DNA of 64,000 bases from Nanobdellota archaeon. Its GTDB lineage: Archaea; Nanobdellota; Nanobdellia; Woesearchaeales; JBHPFW01. Below the pieces are notes generated by a model. The model was not told the DNA's origin, searched no databases, and saw only the letters and a list, made by a program, of their open reading frames with translations. Both the position numbers and the translations under genes were made by a program. Position 1 is the stretch's first letter. Each line of letters opens with the position of its first letter. Below, piece after piece: positions 38,968-49,553 of this stretch. The stretch covers positions 3,456 to 67,455 of the forward strand of contig JBHPFW010000002.1 in the NCBI GenBank assembly GCA_042571645.1, written 5' to 3'.

Positions 38968-40179
38968 CTAACCAAACTTTAATTGTCTGGCTTTAATTTT
39001 TTTAATTTTGTTGTCATTATAAACCATATTTCCCTTAATTAGGGTGGTAATAACAGCTCCTTTAACTTTCTTTCCATTATAAGGAGTCCATTTGCATTTG
39101 TAAAGTATTTTTGAGTTAGTTATTGTATTTTTCTTATTTATATCAACAATTACCAAATCTGCATCATAACCTTTCTTTATTTTGCCTTTGTTTTTTATGT
39201 TAAATATTTTTGCAGGATTTTCGCACATTAATTCCTGGAGTTTTGCTAAAGAGAGTTTTTTCTTATTTACTGCGTCAAGCATTAGTTGGAGAGAAGTCTG
39301 AACACCTGGAACACCATAAGTTTTTCCTGGCTTTTTCTTTTCTGCTTTTGTGTGTGGAGCATGATCTGTTGCAATTGTATCAACTAATCCTGAATTTATT
39401 GCTTTCCACAAAGCATTTTGGTCGGTTTTTGTTCTTAACTCTGGCTTCATTATATTGAATTTGTTTTGCTGGGATTTTGTCAAGAAAAGATGGTGCGGAG
39501 TTACTTCAACAAAGATTTTGTTTTTGTGTTTTTTTTGTTTCTTAGCTTTCTTTATTATAATAAGTTCAGAAGCTTTGGAAATATGACATAAGTATAGTCT
39601 ATTTTTTTTACTTAATTTTATTGCTTTTTTTACAGAGTTTCCTTCAGCATGGACTGCAACAAGTTTGTTTTTGTTGAGTGTGTTGAAAACTTCTTTCAAA
39701 CCATTGTCAAGCTTAAGATTTCCAGTAGTTTCATTCATGTAAACTTTTAATCCAGCAATATTTTTTGCTTTTTTTATTTCGGCAGAGTTTTTTCCATTTG
39801 TTCCTATATATAGTCCATAATTAACAATGCTTTTTTTAGCTGCCTTTCTCTTTTTGTTAAGTTCTTTAACAGTGAATGTTGGCGGAATTGTATTAGGCAT
39901 ATCTATTACAGAAGTTATTCCACCTGCAGCTGCTGCTCTTGATTCAGTTAGCCAATTGCCTTTATGAGTTAATCCTGGATCTCTGAAATGTACATGAGAG
40001 TCAATTATGCCTGGCAGGACTATGTTGTTTTTTGCATCAATTTTCTTAGCTTTATTTTGCTTGCTAGTCTTTATGGATTTGGCGATTTTGGCGATTTTGC
40101 CATTCTTGATTAGAATATCTGTCTCAGTTAATTTCCCATTCTTCGGGATCCTGCAGTTTTGGATTAGAATATTAGTCAT
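38968..40179 (-). CDS. pyrC: Dihydroorotase-family amidohydrolase
   Basis: PGIIDSHVHFRDPG, DMPNT, HAE, CHIS, EVTPHHL, TDHAPH. Confidence 0.85.
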   Translation of the reverse strand: MTNILIQNCRIPKNGKLTETDILIKNGKIAKIAKSIKTSKQNKAKKIDAKNNIVLPGIIDSHVHFRDPGLTHKGNWLTESRAAAAGGITSVIDMPNTIPPTFTVKELNKKRKAAKKSIVNYGLYIGTNGKNSAEIKKAKNIAGLKVYMNETTGNLKLDNGLKEVFNTLNKNKLVAVHAEGNSVKKAIKLSKKNRLYLCHISKASELIIIKKAKKQKKHKNKIFVEVTPHHLFLTKSQQNKFNIMKPELRTKTDQNALWKAINSGLVDTIATDHAPHTKAEKKKPGKTYGVPGVQTSLQLMLDAVNKKKLSLAKLQELMCENPAKIFNIKNKGKIKKGYDADLVIVDINKKNTITNSKILYKCKWTPYNGKKVKGAVITTLIKGNMVYNDNKIKKIKARQLKFG

Positions 40180-40269
40180 TTTGTCCCCAATTCAAGTGTG
40201 TTTAAATAAGAATTGATCAAATATTAATAATCTTTTTGGTTTTTAAAGGCTTTTGCTGTTTTTACATCT

Positions 40270-40285
40270 TGTCCAATATTAGACA
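40270..40285. promoter_or_regulatory. Putative arg operator upstream of argF
   Basis: TGTCCAATATTAGACA, about 36 nt before TTTATAAA. Confidence 0.78.
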
Positions 40286-40353
40286 TTCTTGTTCTTTTTG
40301 TTCTCAGCTTAGTCAATATCTTTATAAAACAGTCCAGCTCAGCTTAAACTACA

Positions 40354-41241
40354 ATGAAACACCTATTAACACTTATGGACTGGAAATCTGAGGAAATAAA
40401 GGAACTGATAGATAATGCTATAGAAGGCAAGAAAAAGCCTCTTAAGACTAAAAACGCAATGAAAGACAAGACTTTGGCTATGCTGTTCCAGAAGAATTCC
40501 ACTAGAACTAGGTTGAGTTTTGAGGTTGGTATGAAACAGCTAGGAGGAGATGCTATTTTCTTAGACTGGCAAAAAACCAATATCACAAAAGGCGAACTTC
40601 AGGATGAAGTCAAATGCATGGAAAGATATGTTGATATAATCATGGCTCGTGTGAATAAGCATGACACACTTAAGCAGATGGCAAAACATTCCAGCATTCC
40701 AATAATCAATGGTTTGTGTGACAAATTTCATCCATGCCAAGCATTAGCAGATTTAATAACAATAAAAGAAAAACTTGGCAAATTATACGATCTTAAATTA
40801 GCTTATATTGGTGATGGCAATAATGTCTGCAATAGTTTAATCATTGCCTGTACTTTAGTTGGAATGAAAATCTCTGTAGCTACACCAAAAGGTTATGAAC
40901 CCTTAAAAGAAGCGATTGATTTTGCTAAGAATTATTTGGAACTAACAAATGATCCTGCAGATGCAGTAAAAGATGCAGATGTAATCTACACAGACACTTG
41001 GGTTAGCATGGGCCAGGAAAAAGAAAAAGAAAAACGAATAAAAGCCTTTAAAGATTTTACTGTCGATAAAAAGCTAGTTAAAAAATCCGGCAAACCCAGT
41101 TTAATAATGCACTGTCTGCCAGCAAATGAAGGTTTGGAGATTACTCGTGAAATAATGGACAGTGAGAATTCTGTAATTTATGACCAAGCTGAAAACAGAA
41201 TGCACGCACAGAAAGCGGTATTGTTAAAAGTTCTGGAATAA
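40354..41241 (+). CDS. argF: Ornithine carbamoyltransferase
   Basis: FQKNSTRTR, HPCQ, GDGNN, DTWVSMG, HCLP, QAENR. Confidence 0.94.
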   Translation: MKHLLTLMDWKSEEIKELIDNAIEGKKKPLKTKNAMKDKTLAMLFQKNSTRTRLSFEVGMKQLGGDAIFLDWQKTNITKGELQDEVKCMERYVDIIMARVNKHDTLKQMAKHSSIPIINGLCDKFHPCQALADLITIKEKLGKLYDLKLAYIGDGNNVCNSLIIACTLVGMKISVATPKGYEPLKEAIDFAKNYLELTNDPADAVKDADVIYTDTWVSMGQEKEKEKRIKAFKDFTVDKKLVKKSGKPSLIMHCLPANEGLEITREIMDSENSVIYDQAENRMHAQKAVLLKVLE

Positions 41242-41712
41242 TTATTCATTGACTGCTTTTCTTCTTTCAGTTGTAGCTACAACTGAATATTCTGTTTCTT
41301 GACTTTTTGGTTTGTAGGGAATTAAGTTAGAAACAGAATGCGATGTCTGGAATCCAGTTAATTGTAAATCTGGACCAAATGAATCATATGTTGTTGAAAC
41401 TTCATCAAACTTAACACCAAAAGATTTTAGACAAGCTTCTAAGTTTTTTTGAAGAGCTAAAGGAATATTTTCTATGTCAGATCTAGACACAATATAATTT
41501 TCAAGAAGAGGAGTATTGTGCAATAGCTTAGCATCAGAATGACCATTAACCAGAAGAGGACTAGAAGGAGTACTTTGTTTAAAATCATATCTTAATTCAG
41601 TTTGTCTGTCATAAAGACTGCTTTTAAAACTAATTGAATCTATTTTATTACCAGTTGCTCTTACAACCATTTCACTTTCTTTGCCCAACAAAGGCACACT
41701 ATATTTTTCCAT
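41242..41712 (-). CDS. Hypothetical protein; likely start MEKYSVP
   Basis: ORF between argF and argG; the longer ORF-track start would overlap the argG operator. Confidence 0.55.
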   Translation of the reverse strand: MEKYSVPLLGKESEMVVRATGNKIDSISFKSSLYDRQTELRYDFKQSTPSSPLLVNGHSDAKLLHNTPLLENYIVSRSDIENIPLALQKNLEACLKSFGVKFDEVSTTYDSFGPDLQLTGFQTSHSVSNLIPYKPKSQETEYSVVATTERRKAVNE

Positions 41713-41786
41713 ATAAATTACGAATTTCGAAGTTGTATTTAAGGCTTTGCCAAGTAGTACTACTATAGAATATAAGCAAGTTATAA

Positions 41787-41802
41787 TGTCCAATATCAGA
41801 CA
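41787..41802. promoter_or_regulatory. Putative arg operator upstream of argG
   Basis: TGTCCAATATCAGACA, about 37 nt before TTTATAAA. Confidence 0.78.
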
Positions 41803-41875
41803 TATCTGTTCATATCTTGATTAAGGTAGGTCAATATCTTTATAAACAGAAATAGAACCCTTTAGACTGATAAAA

Positions 41876-43087
41876 ATGGCAAAAGAAAAAGTTGTACTAG
41901 CATATTCAGGTGGTTTAGACACATCCTGTATACTCAAATGGCTGATTGAAAAAGGCTATGAAATAATAGCAGTAGCTATTGATTTAGGCCAAAAAGAAGA
42001 TTTTAAGGAAGTAGAAGAAAAAGCTTTGAAAGTTGGGGCTTCTAAATTCCAGCTAATTAATGTTCAGGAAGAGTTTGTTAAAGATTTTGTTTTCCCAGCA
42101 ATTAAGGCTAATGCAAAATATGAAGGAAAGTATTTATTGGGTACTAGTTTAGCTAGACCTTTAATTGCAAAAAAATTAGTTGAAGTAGCTAAAAAAGAAA
42201 AAGCTCAGTATATTTCTCATGGTGCAACAGGCAAAGGCAATGACCAAGTTAGGTTTGAATTAACTGCTTCTGCATTAGCACCAGAATTAAAATTCATAGT
42301 ACCGTGGCGTACACAGGAATTCCTAGATCAATTCCAGGGAAGAAATGATTTAATTGAATATGCAGAAAAACATAATATTCCAGTAAAAGCTTCTAAAAAA
42401 GCACCTTGGAGTACAGACCCAAATGTTATGCACATTAGTTATGAAGCGGGCATATTAGAAGATCCTTGGACTCCACCACCAGAAGAGATGTATGAGATGG
42501 TAGTTCAGCCAAAAGATGCTCCAGACAAGGAAACAGTTTTGGAGATTGAATTTAAGAAAGGTATTCCTGTAAAAGTTAAACATGATGGAAAAGAAGTAAC
42601 TGGAGCTTTGAAATTGTTTGAATACCTAAATAAAGTCGGTGGAGAAAATGGTGTTGGAATAATTGACATGGTGGAAAACAGATTTGTTGGAATGAAATCT
42701 CGCGGCAGTTATGAAACTCCTGCTGGTACAATACTTTTTGAGGCTCATTTGGATATTGAAGGCATTACAATGGACCGTGAAGTCAAGCTATTACGTGATG
42801 GTTTAATACCAAAGTATGCTACTCTGATTTACAATGGTTTTTGGTTTGCACCAGAAATGGAATTCTTACAAGCAGCATTTGATAAAAGCCAAGAGAATGT
42901 AGAAGGCACAGTGAAGTTAAGTTTGTATAAAGGAAATATCAAATTACTTGGACGTAAATCACCAAATAGTTTATACGATGAGAAAATAGCTTCAATGGAT
43001 GAACATGGTGGCTATGACCAAAAAGATGCAACTGGATTTATTAAATTGAATGCTTTACGGTTAAAAGCTCGGAGTAAGAAGAAATAA
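41876..43087 (+). CDS. argG: Argininosuccinate synthase
   Basis: [39 protein letters not shown]. Confidence 0.97.
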   Translation: MAKEKVVLAYSGGLDTSCILKWLIEKGYEIIAVAIDLGQKEDFKEVEEKALKVGASKFQLINVQEEFVKDFVFPAIKANAKYEGKYLLGTSLARPLIAKKLVEVAKKEKAQYISHGATGKGNDQVRFELTASALAPELKFIVPWRTQEFLDQFQGRNDLIEYAEKHNIPVKASKKAPWSTDPNVMHISYEAGILEDPWTPPPEEMYEMVVQPKDAPDKETVLEIEFKKGIPVKVKHDGKEVTGALKLFEYLNKVGGENGVGIIDMVENRFVGMKSRGSYETPAGTILFEAHLDIEGITMDREVKLLRDGLIPKYATLIYNGFWFAPEMEFLQAAFDKSQENVEGTVKLSLYKGNIKLLGRKSPNSLYDEKIASMDEHGGYDQKDATGFIKLNALRLKARSKKK

Positions 43088-43095
43088 GTTAATAT

Positions 43096-43201
43096 GAGTT
43101 CGGCAACGCCTAGAGTGCTAAGGTTTAACACATAGTTTTGCGTCAATGATCATGATTGCGAGATTATATAATACTTTGTTGGCACTCGCTCTGGCGAACT
43201 C
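43096..43201 (+). repeat. Family A structured element, copy 4 (partly degenerate)
   Basis: GAGTTCG/CGAACTC ends; CGCCTAGAGTGCTAAG and CATGATTGCGAGAT core; begins 9 nt after the argG stop. Confidence 0.9.
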
Positions 43202-43224
43202 AAAAATTAAGGAAAAGAAATAAA

Positions 43225-43479
43225 ATGGAATGGATCATCTTAATAGGACTAACTGCTGGCATATTGACTACTGCTTCATTCTTACCTCAGGTAATTAAGA
43301 CTATAAAACTTAAAGAAACAAAGGATATTTCTCTGGCAATGTATTCTATTATTTCCACTGGAATATTTTTATGGTTGGTTTATGGTTTATTAATCAAGGA
43401 TTTACCAGTTGTTCTTGCTAATGCAGTATCATTAATATTAGTTCTGACAATGGTTGGATTGAAATTGAAGTATGGTTAA
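43225..43479 (+). CDS. SemiSWEET/PQ-loop transporter; likely start MEWIILIG
   Basis: SFLPQVIKT, TKDISL, WLVYG, LANAV. Confidence 0.9.
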   Translation: MEWIILIGLTAGILTTASFLPQVIKTIKLKETKDISLAMYSIISTGIFLWLVYGLLIKDLPVVLANAVSLILVLTMVGLKLKYG

Positions 43480-44163
43480 TCATTTCTTTTTATCAATAAG
43501 TGCTGGAAAATAATAATCAAATACAAAAAGAGATTTCTTAGAGAAAGCTTTGTTAATACGAGTTTTTCTCGGCAAGAACCATTTTGCTAAAGCAGACTCT
43601 ATATTATGCTCTTCTAATTTTTTGATATTTTTATCATTAAAGTCCCAAAAGAATAACTCAATTGCATCAAGTCCTGCTTCTAAAACTTTTGAGAAATTTG
43701 GTTTTAACCTAAATACGCCGCCGTTGCATAATTTTTTCCATCCTTTTGGAAGTTTTCCTGCGTTTGATAGATAGTTAAGATTTTGCGAAGCAAAATATAC
43801 TTCTTTTGTTTTAATATCCTTTAAAATATTTTGAATTTCTTTCTTAGTTATTGATTTATCTTTAATATCTAAAAACAATATGCTTTTGTCTTGTACAAGT
43901 TCAGCAATTTCTTTTAAAGTTGCAACAGTAGGATATTTTTGTTTTAATTTATTGAGTGGTTTCTTAAAGAAATATTTTGCCAATAAATATTCAAAAGTAT
44001 TACCATGATAACAGAATATCACATCATCAGTGCTTTTTCTTAAATCAATCTCAATAATATCAGGTTTGTGTTTAAGGCTTTCTTTAATTGCTTCTATAGA
44101 ATTCTCTACACCAAAACAATCACCGCCTTTGTGAGCTAAGATTAGAGGTTTCATTATCTCCAT
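43480..44163 (-). CDS. Glycerophosphodiester phosphodiesterase-like protein
   Basis: AHKG, ENS, EIDLRKSTD, CYH, LDIK. Confidence 0.82.
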   Translation of the reverse strand: MEIMKPLILAHKGGDCFGVENSIEAIKESLKHKPDIIEIDLRKSTDDVIFCYHGNTFEYLLAKYFFKKPLNKLKQKYPTVATLKEIAELVQDKSILFLDIKDKSITKKEIQNILKDIKTKEVYFASQNLNYLSNAGKLPKGWKKLCNGGVFRLKPNFSKVLEAGLDAIELFFWDFNDKNIKKLEEHNIESALAKWFLPRKTRINKAFSKKSLFVFDYYFPALIDKKK

Positions 44164-44705
44164 TTAATACTACAACCTTGGCTTGGCAAGAATTCCTTAC
44201 TAACTTTTCCAGATTCTAAGAATTCATTAATCACTTCTTCCATTGTGTTTTCATTAGCATTATCATCAGGACTCATTGCATCATTTAAACGACCATGCCA
44301 AATTAATTTGAGATCTTTGTCGAATAGATAGGGATCAGGCGTGCATACTGCATCATAGGCTTTAGCAACTTCTTGTGTAGAATCGATTAAATAAGGAAAA
44401 TCAAAACCTTCCTGCTCAGCAATTTTTTGCATATTCTCAAAACTATCGTCTTGATAATTAGGATTATCATTTGGATTAATTGCTATTAAATTAACACCTT
44501 TGTCTTTGAATTTGTCAGCCAAATCTTTAATCACCGCAAACTTAGTAATAACATAAGGACAATGATTACACATAAATATAATCAAAGTGGCTTTTTTTCC
44601 TTTCAGATCCTTTAATGTGTGCATGGCTTCATCTGTGCCTTTCAGATTAAAGTCTGGAGCAGAATCTCCTGGTTTGAGTTGTTGGGTTGATTTTAAGAGT
44701 GTCAT
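44154..44705 (-). CDS. Thioredoxin-fold (AhpC/TSA) protein
   Basis: APDFNL, FMCNHCPYV, FDFPYL, AVCTPD. Confidence 0.9.
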   Translation of the reverse strand: MTLLKSTQQLKPGDSAPDFNLKGTDEAMHTLKDLKGKKATLIIFMCNHCPYVITKFAVIKDLADKFKDKGVNLIAINPNDNPNYQDDSFENMQKIAEQEGFDFPYLIDSTQEVAKAYDAVCTPDPYLFDKDLKLIWHGRLNDAMSPDDNANENTMEEVINEFLESGKVSKEFLPSQGCSIKWR

Positions 44706-44753
44706 AAGAAGAAAAGGTTTAATTATTACTTTTAAAGATTATCTAATATAAAT

Positions 44754-44769
44754 TGTCTAATATCAGACA
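44754..44769. promoter_or_regulatory. Putative arg operator upstream of argH
   Basis: TGTCTAATATCAGACA, about 37 nt before TTTATAAA. Confidence 0.78.
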
Positions 44770-44835
44770 TTAATGTCAAATATCTCTAAAATATAGGTCA
44801 ATAGCTTTATAAACAAAACTTGCATAATTGCTGAT

Positions 44836-46206
44836 ATGGCAAAATTATGGGATAAAGGATCTAGTAAAGGAAAAGGCACAAATAAGGAAACAGCCAAAGC
44901 AGTAGAGAAATTTACTGTTGGAAATGACTATTTGCTGGATAAGCAGCTTGTTTGTGCAGATGCATTGACTACTGCAGCTCATGCTATGATGCTAAAGAAG
45001 ATAGGTATTCTTGATAAAAATGAGCTGAAAAAACTCAAAAAAGAATTAAAGAAAATCTTTAATCTTGGAACTAAAGATAAATTTGAAATCTCACAAAAAG
45101 ATGAAGATGTTCACACTGCTATAGAAAATCATTTAACTAAAACTGTTGGCAAAGCAGGCAAAAAGATTCATACTGGCAAATCAAGAAATGACCAAGTTCT
45201 TACAGACACAAAACTTTATACAAAATATATGCTGTTAAAAATAGAAAAAGAACTAATTGATTTTGCAAACACATTACAAAAGCTGGCAAAAAAAGAACAA
45301 TTTACTGTAATGCCTGGTTATACCCATATGCAGAAAGCAATGCCTAGTTCAATTGGATTATGGGCAGCAGGTTTTTTAGAATCTACGCTAAATGATTATG
45401 AAACAATAAACTTTGCTTACACACAAAATGATTCATGTCCATTAGGAAGTGCTGCAGGTTATGGTGTAAATCTGCCATTAGACCGCGAATATGCTGCAAA
45501 ATTATTAGGATTCAAAAAAATTGACAATGCAGTTACTTATCCGCAGATTTCCCGAGGAAAAACAGAATTAAATACACTAAATGCACTAAACAATATAATG
45601 CTTACTATAAATAAATTAGCAACAGACTTATCCATATTTACAATGAGTGAATTTGATTATTTCAAAGTACCAGATGGATTCACAACAGGCTCAAGTATTA
45701 TGCCGCAAAAGAAAAATCAGGATGTTTGTGAACTAATAAAAGGGAAATCTGCAGTAATGCAGGGTTATATTGCACAATTAAATTCTCTTTATCTTAATTT
45801 AATGTCTGGTTATAATCGTAATATGCAGTTAGTTAAAGAACCCTTAATTAATGGTCTAAGTTTATGTTTAGAAACATTAAGCATCACAAACATGCTTATG
45901 AAAAAAATAAAAGTGAACAAAGAATCTTTAACAAAAGCAATGACTCCAGAGTTATTTGCAGCAGATTATGCAAATGAATTAGTCAAGCAGGGTGCTACCT
46001 TCCGTGATGCATACAAAGTTGTTGGCAAGAATCTTGATACTCTTAAAGCAATTGATCCGGTTAAGAATATTAAATCAAAGAAATCAACTGGAATGACTGG
46101 GAATTTAAAATTAAATAAAGCTAAATCAGCAATAAATAAGATGAAATTAGACCATAATAAGAAGAATAAATCATTCTCAGGAGCTATTAATAAGCTTCTA
46201 GCCTAG
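44836..46206 (+). CDS. argH: Argininosuccinate lyase
   Basis: KLW, EDVH, HTGKSRNDQ, PGYTHMQ, GSSIMPQKKN, FRDAY. Confidence 0.95.
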   Translation: MAKLWDKGSSKGKGTNKETAKAVEKFTVGNDYLLDKQLVCADALTTAAHAMMLKKIGILDKNELKKLKKELKKIFNLGTKDKFEISQKDEDVHTAIENHLTKTVGKAGKKIHTGKSRNDQVLTDTKLYTKYMLLKIEKELIDFANTLQKLAKKEQFTVMPGYTHMQKAMPSSIGLWAAGFLESTLNDYETINFAYTQNDSCPLGSAAGYGVNLPLDREYAAKLLGFKKIDNAVTYPQISRGKTELNTLNALNNIMLTINKLATDLSIFTMSEFDYFKVPDGFTTGSSIMPQKKNQDVCELIKGKSAVMQGYIAQLNSLYLNLMSGYNRNMQLVKEPLINGLSLCLETLSITNMLMKKIKVNKESLTKAMTPELFAADYANELVKQGATFRDAYKVVGKNLDTLKAIDPVKNIKSKKSTGMTGNLKLNKAKSAINKMKLDHNKKNKSFSGAINKLLA

Positions 46207-46265
46207 CCAATACTCAACACAACATTGGCAAAGTTTATTAATATCTTATTTTCTTTATGATTTAA

Positions 46266-47375
46266 GTGATTATCATGAAAATATCCGAACTACAAAGGTT
46301 TGAACTGAAAAAGTTCATTAAGGGTCTTGAAAATTTCAGAGGCAGGCACACAGAACTAGTTAGCGTGCTAATCCCCTCAGGATATGATATGAACAAGATC
46401 ATACAACATTTAGCACAAGAACAGGGCACTGCCACAAATATCAAATCAACTTCTACAAGAAAAAATGTTATTGATGCCTTGGAAAAAATGATACAACACT
46501 TAAGAGTTGTTGGTCCTACTCCCCCAAATGGTTTGGTTGTATATTCAGGTAATGTAGCTGAACAAGAAGGAAAACAAGACTTTAAAGTTTGGAGTATAGA
46601 ACCTCCAATACCTTTAAAGACACGAATATATCGATGCGACAAGGAATTTGTTCTAGAACCATTAAGAGAAATGGTTGAAATTAAGGAAAGCTATGGTTTA
46701 GTTGTTTTGGATAGAAGAGATGCAACAATAGCTCTGTTAAAAGGAAAATCAATTGTGCCATTAGCCAAAACCCATTCAGAAGTTCCAGGAAAATTTAAAG
46801 CTGGAGGACAATCAGCAGCAAGGTTTGCCAGAAATCGTGAGTTGGCGATAAAAGATCACTACAAAAAAATAGCTGACCATATAAAAGACCAGTTTTTCCA
46901 TCTAAAAGAACTCAAAGGAATAATTATTGGCGGACCAGGAGTTACAGTTTCAGATTTTATGAATAAAGGATACATTACTGGTGATTTACAGGCAAAAATT
47001 ATAGGCACAAAAGACTTGAGTTATACAGATGATTTTGGTCTGCAGGAACTTCTTGAAAAAAGTGAAGATTTACTTGCAAATGAAGCAGTAGCAGAAGAAA
47101 AAAAGATAATGCAGAAATTCTTAGAAATGCTTGCAAAAGATATGGGAAAAGTAACATATGGATTTGATCATGTCAAAAAAGCACTAGAAATGGGTGCAGT
47201 TGAAGTTTTATTATTATCTGAATCTTTAGAAGACCAACAAATAGAACAACTTGAAGAAATAGCACTTGGCCTCGGAACAGAAGTAAAAATAATTTCTACA
47301 GAAACAAGAGAAGGTGTGCAATTAAAAGACATTGGAAAAGTGGCTGCTATTTTAAGATATGAAGCTGATATTTAA
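46266..47375 (+). CDS. prf1: Peptide chain release factor aRF1
   Basis: TELVSV, ATNIKS, YRCD, GGQS, AAILRY. Confidence 0.96.
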   Translation: MIIMKISELQRFELKKFIKGLENFRGRHTELVSVLIPSGYDMNKIIQHLAQEQGTATNIKSTSTRKNVIDALEKMIQHLRVVGPTPPNGLVVYSGNVAEQEGKQDFKVWSIEPPIPLKTRIYRCDKEFVLEPLREMVEIKESYGLVVLDRRDATIALLKGKSIVPLAKTHSEVPGKFKAGGQSAARFARNRELAIKDHYKKIADHIKDQFFHLKELKGIIIGGPGVTVSDFMNKGYITGDLQAKIIGTKDLSYTDDFGLQELLEKSEDLLANEAVAEEKKIMQKFLEMLAKDMGKVTYGFDHVKKALEMGAVEVLLLSESLEDQQIEQLEEIALGLGTEVKIISTETREGVQLKDIGKVAAILRYEADI

Positions 47376-48490
47376 TTGGCATTATGATAACCATTTGTTT
47401 TTGCTTTTACTAAAGGATCATTTCTTCCTGCTATAATAAGATTATAATTTTGTCCAACGGTGAAAGCTTTTATATCACTAAGACCGATATAATTAAATAA
47501 ACTTGGAGGCATTACAGCTGAAAAAAACTTCATAGCTATTGTTTCTCTAAAAGGTCTATTTTCTGAAATCTTATCAAGCTCTTTTGCAGGAGTTCTAATA
47601 AGAAAATCAAGCCAGTAAGGAGATCTTTCAGACACCATCATCTGTACATGACTGAATTTTCCTGCTATTACATTATAGCTATGAGAATTAGAAAGACTTG
47701 TTTCAGGTGGTGTACTGATTGGGTCATTTGTAGGTGTTACTGTTGCAATTTTTGTTTCTTCATCAAACTCAAGATTTCTAAGCTCTAATACATAATCACT
47801 CATTGGCATCATCTGACGTGCAGACTTAGCAAAAAAACCCAGGTATGCCACAATAGTTCCAAGATTTGGTGTTCCCATTGATATAAAAGTATCTAAGCCG
47901 TGCCTATAAGGATTTCTCTTGAGATAACCACCTATTGCTAAACCACCCATACTCCAACCAATACCAATTATTCCTGGATAATTATTTTTCTTTCTTATTT
48001 CATTAATTGAATTACCTGCAATGCCTTCATGCTTTTTTATATCCTGCATAAATGGTGATACTTGAACATAAACATCATATCCTAATTGATTAAGTGCGGA
48101 TACAAGAGGAACAGAAGCTTCATTAGCTGCAAAACCGGGATAAAAATATATTGCAGGTAATTCTGGATTTTGTGGATTGCCAGGCATATATTCTAAACGA
48201 CCATCTCCTACAAAAGAATCTTTAGTATATGCCAATAAAGTTTGAGGTGCTAATTCCAAGATAGATCTTGCTTCTCCTTTTAAAGAATGAATAAAATCAG
48301 GTATATCAATTCCGCCTCCCTCTAACCAACCATCCCTCAGTCTAGAGAAATAACTTAACTCACCAAGATCCGGTTCTTCCTGAGAGATCAATAGCTCTAA
48401 ATCACCAGGAGAAATCTCTATATTTTCGTAACTTCTTCTTTGGGGGGTTGGCATATCCATCTTATACCTAACAGCACTAATAATGCACAA
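47372..48490 (-). CDS. Alpha/beta hydrolase (lipase/esterase-like)
   Basis: GWSMGG, GTPNLG, Asp (NDP) and His (FSH). Confidence 0.78.
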   Translation of the reverse strand: MCIISAVRYKMDMPTPQRRSYENIEISPGDLELLISQEEPDLGELSYFSRLRDGWLEGGGIDIPDFIHSLKGEARSILELAPQTLLAYTKDSFVGDGRLEYMPGNPQNPELPAIYFYPGFAANEASVPLVSALNQLGYDVYVQVSPFMQDIKKHEGIAGNSINEIRKKNNYPGIIGIGWSMGGLAIGGYLKRNPYRHGLDTFISMGTPNLGTIVAYLGFFAKSARQMMPMSDYVLELRNLEFDEETKIATVTPTNDPISTPPETSLSNSHSYNVIAGKFSHVQMMVSERSPYWLDFLIRTPAKELDKISENRPFRETIAMKFFSAVMPPSLFNYIGLSDIKAFTVGQNYNLIIAGRNDPLVKAKTNGYHNAN

Positions 48491-48619
48491 AAGAACACTT
48501 CATTTCCCAACACTACAGAGCAATTTCAAGCAAGTTTATTTTTAAATTTTTCTTGATTTTTGACTAGAAAATAGCTACAATAGTAAGATTTTTATAATTA
48601 CAGCCAATCTGAAGGTATT

Positions 48620-49546
48620 ATGGAAGAGATAGTAGATTATGCCATGCAAAGCAAAAAGAAGAAATATGAGGGTTTATTTTCAGAATCAGAACTACCCAAA
48701 AAGAAAAAAGTAGTTGAAAAACCAGATGATCATGAAAAAGAACATTCTCAAAAACAAGCAGATAATTCTCATCTTGGTTATGGTATGAAAAGATTAAATG
48801 CGGAAATGAAAAAGGCAGAAGAGAAGATTGAATCTGCAGAAGATTTATTGGATTTTACTCATAATCCAAAAGAATTGATTATTCATGCATTTACAAAATT
48901 ATATCCTCATGTTAAATTTAATTATATTCCAAAAATAGTTTACTCTGGGAGATTCTCAGATTATAATGCAAATGTAAAATTAGAAAATGATATTTTAGAA
49001 TTCTCTCTCTGCAGAAAGTGGAGAGATGTTGCACCAGAAATACAAATCGGGTTGATACAAGAATTATTAGTTAAATTATTCAAGAAACAATACAAAACAC
49101 CAAGAACAACAATGTATATTGATTTGTATAATGGTTTTGTTAAAAGATTGCATTATGCTATTCCAAAGAGAAAATCTCATCCTGTTCTGGAAGAATCCTT
49201 TAATAGGATTAATGCAAAATATTTTGATGACAGAGTTGATATACCTAATTTAGTTTGGGGTCAGTGGAGCAAAACTAAACTTGGAAGTTATGATTATAAA
49301 AAAGATGAGCTTTCTATTAGCAAAGTATTTACTAAATTAGATCCAATACTTCTTGATATGGTTATGTACCATGAAATGCTGCATAAAAAGTTTAGCTTTA
49401 AATCTAGTGGGACAAAGAATTATTATCATACAGCAGAATTTAAGAGAGCAGAAAAACAATTTGAGAACTGTGATGAACTTGAAGAGCAATTAAAGAAAAA
49501 GTTAAGATATCTGAAGATTAAGAGTTTGTTTGGGTTTGGGAAGTAA
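48620..49546 (+). CDS. SprT/YgjP-like zinc metalloprotease-domain protein
   Basis: LGSY, YHEMLH, H..EF near the C-terminus. Confidence 0.75.
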   Translation: MEEIVDYAMQSKKKKYEGLFSESELPKKKKVVEKPDDHEKEHSQKQADNSHLGYGMKRLNAEMKKAEEKIESAEDLLDFTHNPKELIIHAFTKLYPHVKFNYIPKIVYSGRFSDYNANVKLENDILEFSLCRKWRDVAPEIQIGLIQELLVKLFKKQYKTPRTTMYIDLYNGFVKRLHYAIPKRKSHPVLEESFNRINAKYFDDRVDIPNLVWGQWSKTKLGSYDYKKDELSISKVFTKLDPILLDMVMYHEMLHKKFSFKSSGTKNYYHTAEFKRAEKQFENCDELEEQLKKKLRYLKIKSLFGFGK

Positions 49547-49553
49547 TTTAATT

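Noticed and set aside
43156-43224. N-terminal extensions of ORF-track calls (SemiSWEET; also 9005-9070 and 55014-55025)
   Set aside because: The extensions run into family A repeats; downstream ATG starts fit the protein families better.
46266-47375. Short aRF1 (369 aa) as a truncated pseudogene
   Set aside because: NIKS, YxC and GGQS motifs and the C-terminal AAILRY are intact; only an internal segment of domain C is missing.
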